From positions 32,302,001 through 32,366,000 of the forward strand of contig CM022665.1 in the NCBI GenBank assembly GCA_012295275.1: a stretch of 64,000 nucleotides of DNA, read 5' to 3'. Origin of the DNA: Chrysomallon squamiferum. Taxonomy: Eukaryota > Animalia > Mollusca. The notes beneath the pieces were generated by a model. The model saw only the letters and a list, made by a program, of their open reading frames with translations. It had not been told where the DNA came from and did no database searches. Shown piece by piece: positions 1-13,989 of the stretch (positions are counted from its first letter, which is position 1; each line of letters begins with the position of its first letter). The position numbers were made by a program, and so were the translations under genes.

Positions 1-469
1 ATCATATTATGAGCAGCCTGGGATTGGAAGGGAGATGTTAGTGATCCTGGGTGGTTGTAGTGTTTGTACTGTCATTAATAGGCATATACAGTCTTTACCA
101 TTAAAACAAATTCTGCTGATAAAAACAGTGGGACTTGTAAAATGTTGCTAAGTCTCTATTTTATCAACTTTTGAGAGTATGTTAGTTGTACAGTAATTAG
201 TGAAAAAATTGTTAAATTAAGTCTTATTAATTAACAGTTGGTCATCAAAGCAAAATAAATAGTTAAATGAATAAACATAAAATAAAAAAATTAATATATA
301 TATTTAAAATAGCAAGTATTGCAGTAATAACAATAGGGTATGTCTGATAGTAAAATAAAGTTAAGACATTTATTGAATTTTGATACTGGATAAAAAATAT
401 TCTTCTTAGTAATTCATCTGATATTTTCCTGTAAAATAAGTAACAGACACATCTATGTATTGAATCTTA

Positions 470-474
<5 letters not shown>

Positions 475-518
<44 letters not shown>

Positions 519-625
519 ATAATATGTATGATTTCATGTGTGTGTGTTTGTGTATGTATGTATGTGTGTGTGTATATATATATACACACACACACATATA
601 CATATACATACATACATACATACAC
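475..625. repeat. (CA)n / (GT)n / (CATA)n compound microsatellite
   Basis: Directly visible simple repeats; source of the spurious VCVC/HTHT ORFs. Confidence 0.95.
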
Positions 626-627
626 AG

Positions 628-806
628 GTAAGACAAAGACAAAACAATCAGATATTGATTTGGACCTAAATAAGAGACCAGTAACATCAACCATGTCAAT
701 GGATGAAAGTACTAGTAGGAGACCACTATCAGTAGATGAAACTCCTCTTAAGAGGCCAGTGTCATCAATATCAGCACAGCCTTCTATTGATCCAAGTTCA
801 AAATAA
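628..806 (+). CDS. Probable last coding exon of an unidentified plus-strand gene (...KTKTKQSDIDLDLNKRPVTSTMSMDESTSRRPLSVDETPLKRPVSSISAQPSIDPSSK*)
   Basis: Non-repetitive open frame starting after CAG at 625-627 and ending at TAA 804-806; the other two frames stop early. The peptide has internal repeats (KRPVTS/RRPLSV/KRPVSS; SMDE/SVDE). A consensus donor AAG|GTAAGA follows at 823/824 and a pyrimidine-rich acceptor (ttttttcccag) at 1208. No family recognised. Confidence 0.5.
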
Positions 807-1399
807 AGGGTTGAATCCTGAAGGTAAGATTTTCCAAGAGAGAAAAAGGTTTCAAAAACCAACAACAGCATTAAAAAAAACACCAAAACAACAACAAAAC
901 AAACAAAACAAAATAAAATAAAAACAATAATAAATAAATAAGTAGGTTTATACAAACACACAATCAAATGTTGATAAAGCTACAATCAGTGTGTGTGTGT
1001 GTGTGTTTTGAATATAGGTATTTACACATCTCACAGACAGAAAGGTATATATTTTGTGCAAATAACCCAGATGATACTGGGGAGGATTGATCCTGCAACC
1101 AGTTATAACTAACACATTCACTTACAGAATAATTTTTTATTCATCTATTTTATTTTATAATAATAATAATAATAATCAAAATATTATTTTTATATTTTTT
1201 TTTCCCAGTAGAATGAAAAGTGCATGGAGGAAGATACATTAATTGTGAACTGGAATTATGATAAACTGTGATGACTGAAAAATATTACTTGAACTGTAAA
1301 ATTTGATGATGGTTGCTAACGGTTACAGTGCCTGACAGCTTTAATCTGTTAGTTAATATACATACTTCTATTTATGCTTTTCCAGGCATGGTGTTGAAG

Positions 1400-1790
1400 T
1401 AACAGTGTAGAATGTTAATATCTAAGTCAATTTATATTAGTGGTACCAAGTATTATGTCGGACATAAGCTGGAAGTACCATGTATGTTAATACTAACATC
1501 AAGGTCAAACCTCAGTTGCAGGTACCATGTATATTATTTTCATTTATGTCAAACAAGTTTGAATTACCAGTCCTGAATATTAATGCTTGTATTTATGTCA
1601 AGCATAAGCTGGAAGTGCCAATGCTGGATAATAATACTTAGATCTGTGTAACAATAAATATTAGTTTTTTTATTTATGTCAGATGTACTTTTGTAGTTTA
1701 CTGATATTATAATTTATATTAAAAAAATTAATTGGATGTACTTATGCAATTTATTGATACTTATATTTGTGTGAAACATAAGTTTTAAAT
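1400..1790 (+). repeat. Degenerate tandem repeat (approx. 45-bp units) in the presumed 3' UTR of the left gene
   Basis: Recurring TTATGTC...CATAAGCTGGAAGT(A/G)CCA motif, e.g. tattatgtcggacataagctggaagtacca (1451) and atttatgtcaagcataagctggaagtgcca (1591), with weaker copies around them. Confidence 0.55.
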
Positions 1791-2209
1791 ATTTTTGCTG
1801 TTACCTTTGAAATTTGTCATCAATGGATGATTTTGAACCATGGAATTATAAAAAAAGAAAAAGAAAAAGAAGAAAAAACAACATGATGATCTCATTAATG
1901 AAAAGTATTGACAACAAAAGATAAAAAGGTTTATCTATGATTAATGTAAATAAAATCCATTGTATTATATGGATTGATGAGCTGGCTCTTTTAATTGTTG
2001 CTGTTATATTTTTAATTGCATGTATATGTATATTAATGTGCATATCGGAGAATAATATTTACAATTCTACATTTTTTAAAACATTTTTCAGAGTTAGAAT
2101 GTTTACTTTATTATAAAAGAGTTATTATAATGTAATATTTTTTAATGACCATTGTACAGTGCAATTCATTTATGTTGGTTATTTAATGTTTTGTTTTTTA
2201 TCTTAAGTA

Positions 2210-2270
<61 letters not shown>

Positions 2271-3069
2271 CGTTGTTGTTATTATTATTATTTTATTATT
2301 TATGTTCTACACTTTCCTTTAGGAGATTATAATTCTTTGTTATAGTAAGTAAATAATTAGATAAAGTTAGTGATTTTGTAAAGCACTGGTTGATATAGAA
2401 ATGCTGTACAGTACAATCAGATTCACAGAAAATGATGTCTACTTGTATAATTGCGTAGTTATTCTGAGTTTAAGCATAGATCTGTATAAAATATTACTAA
2501 TTCATTATTTTTGTTATTGGCATTAAAAAATAAATTAGATTGTATTTACTACCTACATGGTTATTTAGCCTCTTTGAATTGTGATTATAAATATAACTTT
2601 GTATCTAAGCAAGCACTTGTTCAGCAAATTACTGAAATAAAATGTTTATATATTTTTAAAAAAGCTTTTTTTTTCCCCCATAACATTCCCCTCCTTTATT
2701 TATTTATTTATTTATACATATTTCTCTAAACAAGTAAATAATAAAATAAAATGCTAGAATATATTTATACTGTCATTAATTTTTTGACATTTACAAGTGA
2801 TTTCAGATAGCCAGAAAAACTAAAATTAAAATTAAAAAAGTAAAATACACACACAGATAATAGTTTAAAATAATAATAATAATAATAAACACTTGGCATA
2901 AAATTATTTAAACTGAACTGAAAAGAAATTAATTTTGACAGTTACATCACATAAAATATTTTCTTAATAACAAAAAAGAACTTTTTTCATAACTGCCCCA
3001 AAACATACATATATATGTGGTGTTTTATACATGACAATCAAGTACAATGTATACTACACAGACAGAGTC

Positions 3070-3315
3070 TACAGCACCTAGCGTAACTTAAACCCGAGCT
3101 GTATCATTAACTGTCGAGAAATTTCGTGGAGGATTCCTCGCCAGTGCTTCAAGGCTTAAACACTGGTATATGGGTTACCTGTCTATAGGAAAACGAATAA
3201 CAATGTCCATTGCTACTAACATTAGCCCATAGAATGGCGGCCGCGAGTTTTTAAAATTAATATCAGCATTATAATTATACGAAACGTATGGTTGACGTAC
3301 GATAAATATATTTTA
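3070..3315 (+). mobile_element. Possible degenerate SINE (resembles Nin/Deu-domain tRNA-derived SINEs of gastropods)
   Basis: The ordered motifs CCAGTGC...CTGGTATAT...CCTGTCTATAGGA...CCATTGCTACTAA...TAGCCCAT...TGGCGGCCGCGAGTTT resemble my recollection of such SINE cores. Smaller similar fragments occur near 1062-1105 (-) and 7510-7536 (+). Recall-based, not searched. Confidence 0.35.
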
Positions 3316-5612
3316 TCATATTAATTGATTAGGTCTTTGTTCTGAATAGGCATAATATGATCAATTCTCTCAACACATACCGGCAAGTTTCCAGTTCCAG
3401 ACTTTTTCTGTTATTTTGTGTAAGGCCATGGGACGTTTTTTTTTCTGTCCATGAAAAGATTAATTCATGAGATGCGTTGCGCTAGGTGATAAATATAGCC
3501 ATGGTGTTTTATTTGTCATAAAATAAATCACTGAAATAACATTCTAAGAAAAATGTGTTAATATCGTCAATATTTCATCATAAAATTCAATTATAAAACA
3601 GAACAGTTTGTTGTTGGGGTGGAATGCATTTGTTGCTATTGGAAATAACAACGTCAACACCAACAATAGTATGAAAAAAAAAATAAATAAATAAAAGGAA
3701 TACTCGTGCACATTTTTATTTTTTTTTTTTTTTTTTTAATAATTCAAGCAGAAAATAGGTTACGGTATATGAATATAGAAACATTTTACTCAGAAATCAA
3801 TGATAAAAGAAAAAAAAAATAATGATAAACTATATGACACTGCACTGTAAGACTTTTTTTTTCAGTTAATACTTCCTCGCATATTCATCTTAACTTGGCT
3901 TACTAGGCTATTTGAATTAATCGTTTTTAAAGACATAAATGCCGGTAATATTTGCTACTGTTAAAAAGAACACGCGGCGCACCTTTAAACAGCCTCTCCT
4001 TCACTTGTGGAATAACAAGTGATATTTGATAGGTGTTTAGAAAGATACCGACTTGGCTTTTTTCTCTTTCAGATAAAACCAGGAAACGCTTTTCCTATCC
4101 GCCACACTTACAATTTAAGTAACACTAAACATCTTCGTAGGGACAATACTGTTCATATTTTTAATAAGTAAATATAAAAATATATTAAAAAGAAAAGATT
4201 ATAAGACATTTTGTAAACCAAACGACCTCCCTTCTTTCTTCATGCTTTTCAATCGAGTGATGTAGATTTAAAGGCAGCGACAAAACACCTTGGATAGACC
4301 TTCTATTGCTCCATCCTTTTAAGGGTCATTCATGCTTAACGCGCGCAAACTGTTTTGTAGCAATGCGAGAGGACTCGGGGAGCTTAGTTAGTCATTTGAA
4401 GTGTTGTCTTGCTAAAGAAAGCTATCTGCAACATTAATCGCGCGGTAACCTGTGTCAAGATCAGAAGACGAAACAGGGTGGTTAACGGCTGGTGAGGTTA
4501 CACCCACCCAAGTCGTGTGAATTAAAAGATAAGGTGGTATGTACTTAATAAAACCCTAATTACTGTGGTAGGTACAGTGAAATACATATTTCTTTTTCAA
4601 TATGATCATAATAATCTTCATAGTCATAATCATCATCATCACCATTATCATCATCATCTACTTCTTATTTTGAATGTCAGACATTTTTCTTTATTCTTTC
4701 ACATTTTTCTTATTTTGTAAAGAGATAATCCTCTAATTTTCCAAAAGGAACGAAGTATATTATATAAGATCGACTTTCTGATAAAGAGCGAAGCACAGTA
4801 AAACAGTCATCGGTAGGCGGTCTTGGTGCACTGGTTAGAAAGGTAAACAGTCCTATAGTAGCGCTGAGACAGATGCTGTCCTGTTCGTATTTTGAAATAA
4901 AAAAAAACCCCACAACCGCCCAAAAAACCTTTATAAAAACAACAACAAAACAACAACCTCCCAACCCCCAAAAAACATACACATCCAACAACAAGAAGCA
5001 AACAAAAACATCACTAATTAATAAAGTTAGTAACACGCGCTCATTTCAAATACTGGTATGTCATCATTGTGATGGTTATAACACTTTTACAATGACACGA
5101 ATTATATTATAAATTTAAACATATTTTTTTACACTAATATATATGAAAGAAAGAAATGAAAACGAAAGCTTGTATACCTTTTGCTTTTTATTTTTTTTAT
5201 TTTGTCATACTATATTACTGGTGAAGATAATTGGTGTATGTATAGAAATAAAACAGTTTTGCTTAAAGTGTCGCCACATTAACATTGTAACACGTACGGG
5301 TCTTTAATTAACTGTAACAGGTGTATCTCGCATATATCAATAAATAATTATTTATTTTGATTAATAAAAGATAGATATAAAACAGTAAAGCAAATTATTT
5401 CAGTTGTAATTATCAATCAACACCCGGTACAGTCCCACTTCTCTCTGCTGTAAGCAGTGAGAAATGTCCTTGTTATTATCAGCTGCATCTATTATACACA
5501 ATCCTCCGCCAACTACGAAGCAAGATTTTTTTGTTATGGAAAAGTTTCTACAATATAATTAAACATCCTGAAATTAAAAGTTAAAACGTGATTTTCAGTT
5601 ATATGAAGCAGA

Positions 5613-5732
<120 letters not shown>

Positions 5733-6671
5733 ATATTAACTAATAATATTCAGAATTTTTTTAATGTGTGTAAATTTAGAATTCATAATTCCAAGTACGC
5801 TATTATCAAAATGACATCCGCCTTACAATGAAAAACGAAACACCTGCATTAAAAAGTTCTTTCTTGGCAATTCAGTTTTTTTTCACCTATTTTTTAAACG
5901 ATTTTCAGTAATAATGTAAGCATCATTAACATTTGAACAGTATAAAAAATATATGACATACATTTTCTAGAGTACAAATATAATCTCTTCGTTTCGCTAT
6001 TTTTAAAATAAATATTTTGTATATATTTTCATAGGTTACTTTCAGTCGATAAAGGGAAATCTTACAATTGGATTTATAACTTATACTATTCAGTTCCTCA
6101 CATTTATGTTTAAAGATTGCTGTTATCTTCTCAGACATTGGAAAAGAAAAGTAATGATAAAGATTATTATAATTTTTTTTTTTTACCCCATTGGAAATCG
6201 AGTTGACATCTGCTGGACGTCTATTCTAACATCACGACCTGGTCAGTTTCTGGCTATGACAGATACTGAAGTGTCGTCTTCTTACAATTTATTATAAAGA
6301 CCAAACTATGGTTGAAAACAGCCATAGGTGTCCACAACAATCGCGCACACACGACTGGCGTGCGTCTCCGCGCCAGCAGCACGCGACCGGCTCGTGACCC
6401 GGCGACCACCTGTCCAAACAGCCAACCTTTTCGGCGTCTGAACCCTCTAGCGATATGTGCGAAGCGTCCGGAAAAGAGTGTATTAACCATAGTACCGACA
6501 AGTTTCTTTTTTCTTTTTTCTCCGTTTGAGAGCATTGTCTGCCTTTCTTTCACTGATACCTACGATATCATCTTGCAGTGAAATAAAGAACGCGTAAAAG
6601 TATACGATTACGAATTACGATTCTTTAAACAGTTTTATATGTATGTGTATATTTCTGAGTGCGTTTTGGGG

Positions 6672-6674
<3 letters not shown>

Positions 6675-6766
<92 letters not shown>

Positions 6767-7048
6767 GCACGCGCGTGAGACTTTATCTATATGTGACAGT
6801 TTATGTGATTATCCGTGTGTGTGTGTATCCCTGTATGTTCCTTTGCGTGTCGTGAGAATGCGCGAACGTACGTGTGAGAGAACACGTAAATAGTTTGAAA
6901 AAGATTGACTGCATGTGTGTATACGTGCGAGGGGAGATAAGAGCAAATATGTATGTATGTATGTATATATGTATGTGTGTGTGTATGTGTGTGTGCTTGT
7001 GCGTGCGTGTGTGTATGTATATGTGTGTGTACTTGTGCGTGCGTGTGC

Positions 7049-7086
<38 letters not shown>

Positions 7087-7100
7087 GTGTGTGTGTGTAT
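6675..7100. repeat. (GA)n tract (6675-6763) followed by GT-rich compound microsatellite
   Basis: Directly visible; generates the ERERER/HTHT ORFs. Confidence 0.9.
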
Positions 7101-9539
7101 GATTTCAAGTTCACAATAACAGGAGTTTGTTTTTTTAGACAAAGCAGGAGGTCTCTGTGTTGTTTTCGTAAATAACAAAGAGATTCGAGGAAAATTAGAA
7201 AACATGTGAAATCGAACATGTGTTGAGAACAGATGTTTGGCTCAGATTTCCAAATTTACTCAGATAATCCAAAGCAAGTACGAATATACATCAGTGTAGA
7301 CCTCATGTTAATAGTGATGTAGCAAAAGTATATGTATGTGTGAGTATATGTGTATGTATGTGTGTTTGTCTGTGTATTTGTATGATTGCATGCATTTATG
7401 CACGTATATGCTTACGTATTTATGTGTGTGTGTTTATATGTTTGTGTATGTATATGTACATACATAAATATGTATGTGTGTGCGTGTACTTATTAATTTC
7501 CCCTTCGCCGTTGGGCTATTTCTACTTACAACTAGCTGCCAATGTGAGGATTTTTCTGTTTATGGGTAGGCAATTTATCTTTCGTATCATTCATATCATG
7601 ACAGTGCACGAAAACTCGTTAATATTAAAATGCGTTTCTGTATTATTAACTAGCCATTAATATAATTTAATTTTAGTATGCTTGTATAATTACATATAAA
7701 TAGGTTAATGTACAAACGTGACATTAAAGCCATGGTGATGTAGCAACTGTTCATAAACAGCAGGTGACTAATTTTAGTTATTAGCCTAAATTGTATCAGT
7801 AATCTAGGTTTATTCTCATTGTACTACATCCCAAGGTGGCCACACAACAGGACCAAACTGGACAACCCATTTAAAGAAAAAAAAACAAAAAACCTCATGA
7901 ATCTGACAAATCTTTCTCACTTGAACCAGTTACACAAAAATTCTAGCGAAATTCAGTCAATAGTCGGTACATTATCTATTTTAACTGGAAACATAATCTT
8001 GATAATTTAAAACAAAATTCCAACCGCTAACACAAATGAATTAAATAACATTAGTCTCACTAGTTTAATAAGCATCAGCATAATGCAAACAATAACTTGT
8101 TAAGTATAAGTGTAGGGGTACTGTTCTGGAACGAAAAGAAATGGTTAAGAAAATGGATGACAAAAACAAGGGCTATATATATATTTGTATATGTATGTAT
8201 GTATATCCCCTGTTTTGTCATCATTTTTTTGCAATTAGTTATTTTCTATGTGTGTTTGTGCGTGTGTAATATTGTATACAGCGGTTAATATATAAATTAA
8301 CTGAAACGGTATAAACTAGACTTAATCAAATGATATAATATAACACATTATAATAAACTGTCGCTACTAATTCCGTCAACCTGTTGCTGTTTCGTGTTTT
8401 CATTTTGCTGTATAATATAAATAATTATACATTTTAACATATCGCTTGTCCTTGGTAATCACAAAGACTCCGGTGACCATGTTGCCGAATGCGACATCTG
8501 TCGGGGTCCAGGTGTGCACGATCGAGGCATGTTCCTTTGTCCTGGTGCATGCGTGAAAGATGAACAATGGGGGAAAATGCTACATTGTGGACAGATATCA
8601 CGGGCCAAGAAAATTAATGATTCGTCTCTTGAAAATGAAGAGTAGAACAGTACTCGGCTGTTATTGCCTTTTAGAGAGGAGATGTCCAGGCAGGCCTCAT
8701 CTGAAAATAAATGAATGAGAGGGTATTAAAAAAAAATGTTAGACTTACTTTACTGTCGGGTTAAAACTGTTTGTGTGGCTGTTTTTGTTTTGAATTATGA
8801 AAATGGAAATATAATAATAAATGTTTTTTTTTAATGTTTTTGAATTTTCATTTTAAAAATTGCAGCACACTCATACAAAAAAAAATAAAAATAAAAATAA
8901 AAATAAAAATAAAATAAAAATAAAAAACCAACTACCGACAAACAAACAAACAACAACGAACAAAAAAACCCAACAATAAAAACAACAACAACCCCTACGT
9001 TTTGGTTCTGTAATAAACAGTTATTACAGAAAGTTGTATACTGTTATTTATTTTTATTTTTATCAATGTATTTCTGATCTTGATTATTGCTTTTCTCTAA
9101 TATTGTTGAAACTCGATCCTGAATTTTTATAATCTTATTCTTTAGGGACATAAGAAGAGGATTTATACACCAGCCGTAAATCTCTTGACAAACGTACACT
9201 TTCTGACCAAGAATCATTACTGTGTTTCTATTGTGATGTCCAGATGTCAGTGCTGCGGGTCGAATAATCTATATGCATGAACCACAAAGTCCTGAAAAGC
9301 AGGGATGGTAATTATTGAACGTAAAAAAAAGCATGTGTTCATGCTTCGAGGCGGAGTTTGACCAGTAATGAAGGTTGTTAAAACCATCGTCATTATAAGT
9401 GATGACACTGACAATAGGGCTTCATCTTCAAACAGTTCTTCTTTGTAACATTTTTCATTTCATTATATTTTTTTTAAGATTAAAGGCATATGGTGAAAAG
9501 TATCTTAATATCACAACTCTTTATTCGCTTGAGCTCTGT

Positions 9540-9542
<3 letters not shown>

Positions 9543-9629
<87 letters not shown>

Positions 9630-9861
9630 ACGATATATGCATAATTTGAGGTTATTAATTTTTTTGTGGTAAATATGACCGGACATGTCATTCACCTCCT
9701 TACTTGTTAGCTATTATATTACATTCTGAAATTTTATATACGTACAACCTGAGATTTAATGTCCACCGTACACTGCTGTTACAATGTATCATTCGACAGA
9801 CCCGTGAAAAAACAAATTATTTTATAATTTATTTAAAAATAAATAAATTAATTAATTAATT

Positions 9862-9915
<54 letters not shown>

Positions 9916-10040
9916 GTAACAATGATGATGATGATGATGATAATGATAATAATGATAATAATAATAATAATAACAACAGTAATAATGATGATCATGGTAA
10001 TAATAATAATAATTACAATTACTATTATTATTATTATAAC
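9543..10040. repeat. (TC)n (9543-9625) and (AAT/GAT)n (approx. 9866-10040) microsatellites
   Basis: Directly visible. Confidence 0.9.
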
Positions 10041-12360
10041 ACATTATTTTATTAAAATTATTAGGTGTCAAACATGATTCATTTTCCTTTATAATATGAG
10101 AAAGGAATTTCGGCAGCCCCACTGCAGGCACTACTAGTATCCAGTAATCTTCTCGTGGACAGCAAAACAATAATTACTGCTCTTGTTAAACTTGTCGCGG
10201 AGCACTGACTAGAACTGGTAAAACACGTAGTCTAACGGAGCGCGGAAGAAGATTGATATTTGAACCTATTAAATTTCACCACTTCGCTCTGTTAAAATCC
10301 AAAGTGGCGTGTTTTTTATTACTAGGTTACTACTAGTATAACAACAACAATAACAACCACGACAGTAGTAATTATTATTGTTTCTGCAGCCACCATTATT
10401 ACTAAAACAACAATTTCAGTTAATTCTAAACAGCTGCTTCATATAATATGTATAATAATAAGTAAATTATTTTTATTCAATATAATATAAACATTTTCTG
10501 ATAACACAATTACCAAATAAATAAATATTTAAATAAATAATAATAATAAAAAAAAATGATGATGGTGATAATGATGGTGATGATGATAATAATAATAATC
10601 AAGACTATTAAACTCGATTAATAAATACATAAAGTATAATCAAAATATTTTTAATGGTTGCAATAATAATAATAATAATAATAATAATAATCATAATATT
10701 ATTATTATTATTATTATTATTGTTGCTGTTGTTGTTGTTGTTATTATTATTAATATTATTTTAAAATATATTTAATTCTATAATGAAAAATATATTATTG
10801 TTTCTTCACGAATTTAATGTCTGAAATTAATGACTTTGTTTTTAAATTAATCACATTTAGATTGTGTTCGCCATTTCAAGAATTCTAATATTTAATTCGT
10901 TTCAGATTTAATATCAGTTTAAACAAAAATGTTTTATTTATTTAGTTTCTTATTTATATCTAATTCATATATAAATTTATATATTTTTTATTTATTTATT
11001 TTAATTTTAATTTTAATATATTTTTTTCTAATACTCACACTATTAATATTCGATTTTGTTCATTTTATATATATATATATATCTTTGAATGTCTGTTTCT
11101 ATCTATTTTATTATTATTAATAATTTTACTGACATTTTCCCCTATACTTTTTAATTCCGTAATTCCCTAAGCTCTCTGTCTGCAGAGCCACCCACCCATT
11201 TTAAAATGAATGTAAAACTCTTCTGTTTATTTTTGCAGACGGTGGCATTCCTGCACCTTATAAGTCTCTCTAACATCCGCCAGAATGTCATCATTTATCG
11301 ATTTGCAGTTAAGGAAAACGCCTGATTGGTTGTCTGTAGCAGTACATCATTTTGATTGGTTCTTGCAAATGCCCACAGCAAATGAATTAGAGAGAAAATC
11401 GATAAAGACCTGTCTTTGGCTATAGCTAGCAATATGGAAAGAAAATTTGTTTCCTTTTTAATTTTAATTACAATTACACTGATTTATTTTTACCCGCCGA
11501 CCACTTACGTAAGTATTAGTTATTCCTATTTGTAATATGTCTGATCACTGGGACGATCTTACACTTAATTATGCATTTGTTAATATATGTACGTCCGTGT
11601 GTATGTATGTATTTGTGTGAGCGAGGGATGCATGGTGTATGAATATATATATAAATGTGTCTGAGTTTGTGTATTTGTTTATTTGTATGTTTCTCTTTGT
11701 GTTCCAACTGTGTGGGTGTTTGAGAGAGAGAAAAATAAAGACAAATGTAGAACAAAACAGAGAGAGAGAGAGAGAGAGAGCGCAAATATTTCTGCAATAA
11801 AAGTCGCTAAGTTAAATTTCTTTATTAACTCTACTGATGAGTAATGTATTTTTTACATGCATATGTCGTGACACAGTAGATGTATGATAGAGACAAACGT
11901 CTGATTTGGATACTGTAATGTCCCGTTATTGCTTTTACAAATAGAAAATAACCGGTTACTGCTTTAAAGTATCACTTCTTTACTGCAAGTAAGAATAATG
12001 ACTTCAGCAAGGCGAGCCTATTTAAGTTAGAGCATTAGCTAGTTCTTTATTTTAATAATATCTATACACTTTATAGGGTTTTTTCTCTTTTTGGTTTTCT
12101 TTCAACCTTGCTTTAATTTTTCGTTCTTCCGTTCTCTTTTAATACGTTAAACATTTTTTCTTATTTTTCCTTTTTATTTCGTTCATTTTTCGATTCATTC
12201 GTTCATATTTATTATTTATTCTTTTCTTACTTTCGTTTTCTTTTCTCTTAACTATTAAAATTATTTTAATTGATCAACATTATTTAAATATATTAATAAA
12301 TTTATAAGATCTTGACTGTTATTTAAAGACATTAGTTACTTTGTTCCAAAAAATATACAT

Positions 12361-12368
<8 letters not shown>

Positions 12369-12429
<61 letters not shown>

Positions 12430-12640
12430 GTAAGTACAGAGTAATAGAGAAAAGAAAAAAGAAGAAGAATAAAGCCACAAAAAGAAATAACTTCATAAAA
12501 ATATAACAGAAAAAACAAAACAAACAACAAACATACATATATACACACATACACACAAAACGCCAGAACAGAAAACAAAACAAAACCGATTTTAAGAAAT
12601 TAAAAATGAAATTATATTCAACAAATTAATATAAAACAGT

Positions 12641-12703
<63 letters not shown>
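12369..12703. repeat. (AT)n (12369-12425) and (TAA)n (approx. 12644-12703) microsatellites
   Basis: Directly visible. Confidence 0.9.
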
Positions 12704-12704
<1 letters not shown>

Positions 12705-13936
12705 GTAATAAAAGATATTTGGCAAAATGTATTTTATTACGAATTGAACTTTTTTCGTTTTGAATATATATGTACGCCAGTATTATTATTCAACGTGCCA
12801 TTTTGTAAATGTAAGTAAGTAAATAAGTAAATAAATAAATAAAATTATATTTAAAAATAGAATTGAAAAAAAAAATGCAGAAAAAAAAGAAACATTTTGT
12901 TGCATTTTTTTTGTTTACAAATATAATTTATTATTAATATAGTTGAAACTGAAAACACTAACAATAAAAATAACAACCTAAATGAATGAATGAATGAATA
13001 ACTAAATAACTGAATAAATATGCAAGTAAGTAAGTAAGTTAGTAAATAAATAAACGTTAATTTTAAAATATCAAACAAAACAACAAACATAACACCACCA
13101 CCAACAACAGAAAAATAACAATATTATTAATAAATAATACTGACAATAATAATAATAATAAATAAATAAATAAATAAACAACAATAAAAATAATAAAAAC
13201 AAAAATAAGAACAATAAGAAGCAAAAACAACAACAACAACAACAAAACGTTTAAAAATAGTTATACTAATCTCGCCTACAGAAAGAAAAAGAAAAAGAAA
13301 AAACAAAAAAGACAAACACGAAACCCCCCAAAACCCCTTCCCCAAAATAGAAAACAAACAACAGCTATAAAAAAAAAAAAAAAAAAAAAGAAGAAAGAAA
13401 AGAAACACTAAAACCTAATTGCTCTGAAAATACTAATTTCGTCTACAGAAATATTGTTCCTCACCATGAACACCCAGCCATAAAATCACACTTAAACAAT
13501 TAAACCATCATTATGTGCAAAAGTCACAGCTCGTGTGTATCCTAGCAACACATCTGCAGAGTGCATGCACATGGTTGCTGCACGCCAAACTGCCTGAGAA
13601 ACGATGTGGCAAATGTGGTTATGCAGTATCGTGGCCTTGACCAGTTTAAGTGGCTTGAACTTGTTGAAATTTCTCTTGTATCGAAGAGAGGCAGTAATAA
13701 ATGTGATAAGAGCGCTATAATAAACCGTTTTCAGTAATAATAATAATAGCAACAACCACAACAACAACAACAACAACAGCAGCACTACTAATAAGAAGCC
13801 GTAGAAGAAGAACAAGAAGAACAAGAAGATACCAAATACTTTAACTAATTAATACTGGTTAAAGAAGGTAACATTTTTTTTATTTGTTCCACGAAGGAAA
13901 AACAGTTAATATTTTATTGGTTTGCTTTTTAAAATT

Positions 13937-13989
<53 letters not shown>

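Noticed and set aside
4815-4892. tRNA-like A box (TGGTGCACTGGTTAG) with a weak B box
   Set aside because: No cloverleaf, poor B box and wrong spacing.
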